From contig CAWIEK010000053.1 of the NCBI GenBank assembly GCA_963835065.1, positions 192,001-256,000 on the forward strand: a stretch of 64,000 nt of DNA, given 5' to 3'. The notes beneath the pieces were generated by a model, which saw nothing but the letters and a program-made list of their open reading frames with translations, was not told the origin of the DNA and did no database searches. Of the stretch, positions 62,977-64,000 are shown piece after piece. Within the stretch, counting starts at the first letter, position 1, and the number at the start of each line of letters is the position of its first letter. Position numbers and translations under genes: made by a program. This DNA is from an uncultured Chthonomonadaceae bacterium (GTDB taxonomy: Bacteria; Armatimonadota; Chthonomonadetes; Chthonomonadales; Chthonomonadaceae).

Positions 62977-64000
62977 TCATGGCGAAATGGTTGAGGAATT
63001 GCTCACGAACTTCATGCTCACGTTTAACTGCGCGACAAAATAGCGCGGGTTAAGCGGTTCCTCCGTCGCGTGTGCCAGCCATTCTTCCCAGGGCCGTATT
63101 GCCCCAGGATGGAACAATTTTTCCTGCATATAGTTCCCAATTTTCGGACTGGAAACCAGCGCGTCAGCCGGTTCGCCTTCCAGAACCGTTGCTTGAATAT
63201 AATGCAGGAGTTGGGAAGCGACCATTTCGCCAAGCAAATAGTTGTGGTAATACACGGGCGACGAGGCCAGGTGAATTTTGCTTGCCCACGCATCTTTCGG
63301 ACGAAATTCGAGGGGACATGTGACATTTTGCCATGTTTCTACCTGCTCCCACCACAGCGCATCTAAATCCTGCTCCGGGTCGCGGTACAATTCGCGCTCA
63401 AAATGCGCCATCACGAAGCACCAGCGCATGAACACGAGCAGATGATCCCGCATTTCGCGCTTCGCGCTGGCGGCAATCCGCGCGGCTTCTCCCGCTTCCA
63501 CGCCCGCGTACCGATGCAGCCAATCCGCGTTCTTGGTCAATCTGCCCATAAACAGGGCAATGGCTTCCGTTGTCATGATGTGTGTGGGTTCGCGCAGCAG
63601 AAACGGCAGATTCGCGTCCATGAACTTATCATACACGGCATGGCCGAACTCGTGCAGCATGGTTCCCATCCAGCGCTCGTTGTCGCGGCAGTTGCACAAC
63701 ACGCGCACATCGCCCTCGTGATCCACATCCATGCAGAAAGCGTGCTGGCATTTGCCTTCGCGCTCGTACAAATCCGCGATTTTCAGCAAATCATCAACCG
63801 GCAGGCCGATGGCTGTATAAAAGTCCGACGTTAGCGCTTCCAGATTCTTGCCTTTGAAAAAGCGGTCCAAATCCGCTTCGCCCGGCCCCGGCTCCTGAAA
63901 AAAGCGGTTGGCATGATGCCAGGGACGGACTTCTTCGGGCGCGATGTGAAAACGGGCGGCAAGGTCGGCGTCTAATTGGGCTTTGTAATCATGCCAGATC
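62977..64000 (-). CDS. M2/M3-like zinc metallopeptidase (5' partial)
   Basis: HEFGH, EAIA, PVYYHNY. Confidence 0.85.
   Translation of the reverse strand, partial: IWHDYKAQLDADLAARFHIAPEEVRPWHHANRFFQEPGPGEADLDRFFKGKNLEALTSDFYTAIGLPVDDLLKIADLYEREGKCQHAFCMDVDHEGDVRVLCNCRDNERWMGTMLHEFGHAVYDKFMDANLPFLLREPTHIMTTEAIALFMGRLTKNADWLHRYAGVEAGEAARIAASAKREMRDHLLVFMRWCFVMAHFERELYRDPEQDLDALWWEQVETWQNVTCPLEFRPKDAWASKIHLASSPVYYHNYLLGEMVASQLLHYIQATVLEGEPADALVSSPKIGNYMQEKLFHPGAIRPWEEWLAHATEEPLNPRYFVAQLNVSMKFVSNSSTISP

Overview
Bacterial chromosomal window, mostly GC-rich. Gene content (PEP-CTERM protein, DUF1501/DUF1553 pair, RNase J, prepilin cluster) suggests an Armatimonadota-like lineage; this is inference only. 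Housekeeping and metabolic genes include an AKR, ArsR plus two SDRs, hsp20-lon, rimO, rnj, a GH4 glycosidase, mntR-mntH, deaD, a Gfo/Idh/MocA oxidoreductase and an M2/M3-like peptidase. A complete type IV pilus/T2SS-like cluster lies on the minus strand at 36.4-49.0 kb and carries two near-identical pilins. An accessory island at about 13.0-22.4 kb is built from intact, truncated and chimeric toxin-antitoxin modules, HEPN/HNH genes, xisH/xisI, an IS3 remnant and one well-formed attC-like site. The most interesting candidates are: a coupled P-loop ATPase plus degenerate-NTPase/TPR pair; a MerR-controlled operon exporting a helical protein with a C-terminal CxxCH motif beside an ABC-2 transporter; a dispersed ~150-210 bp element carrying a conserved mini-ORF that ends in CCC-TGA-C; a recurrent CCTGWCAGG junction palindrome; heptamer-repeat elements; and an Rpn gene with an internal RBS. 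Many conserved genes carry single-base frameshifts that may be long-read assembly errors. I found no rRNA, tRNA, CRISPR array, integrase or reverse transcriptase.
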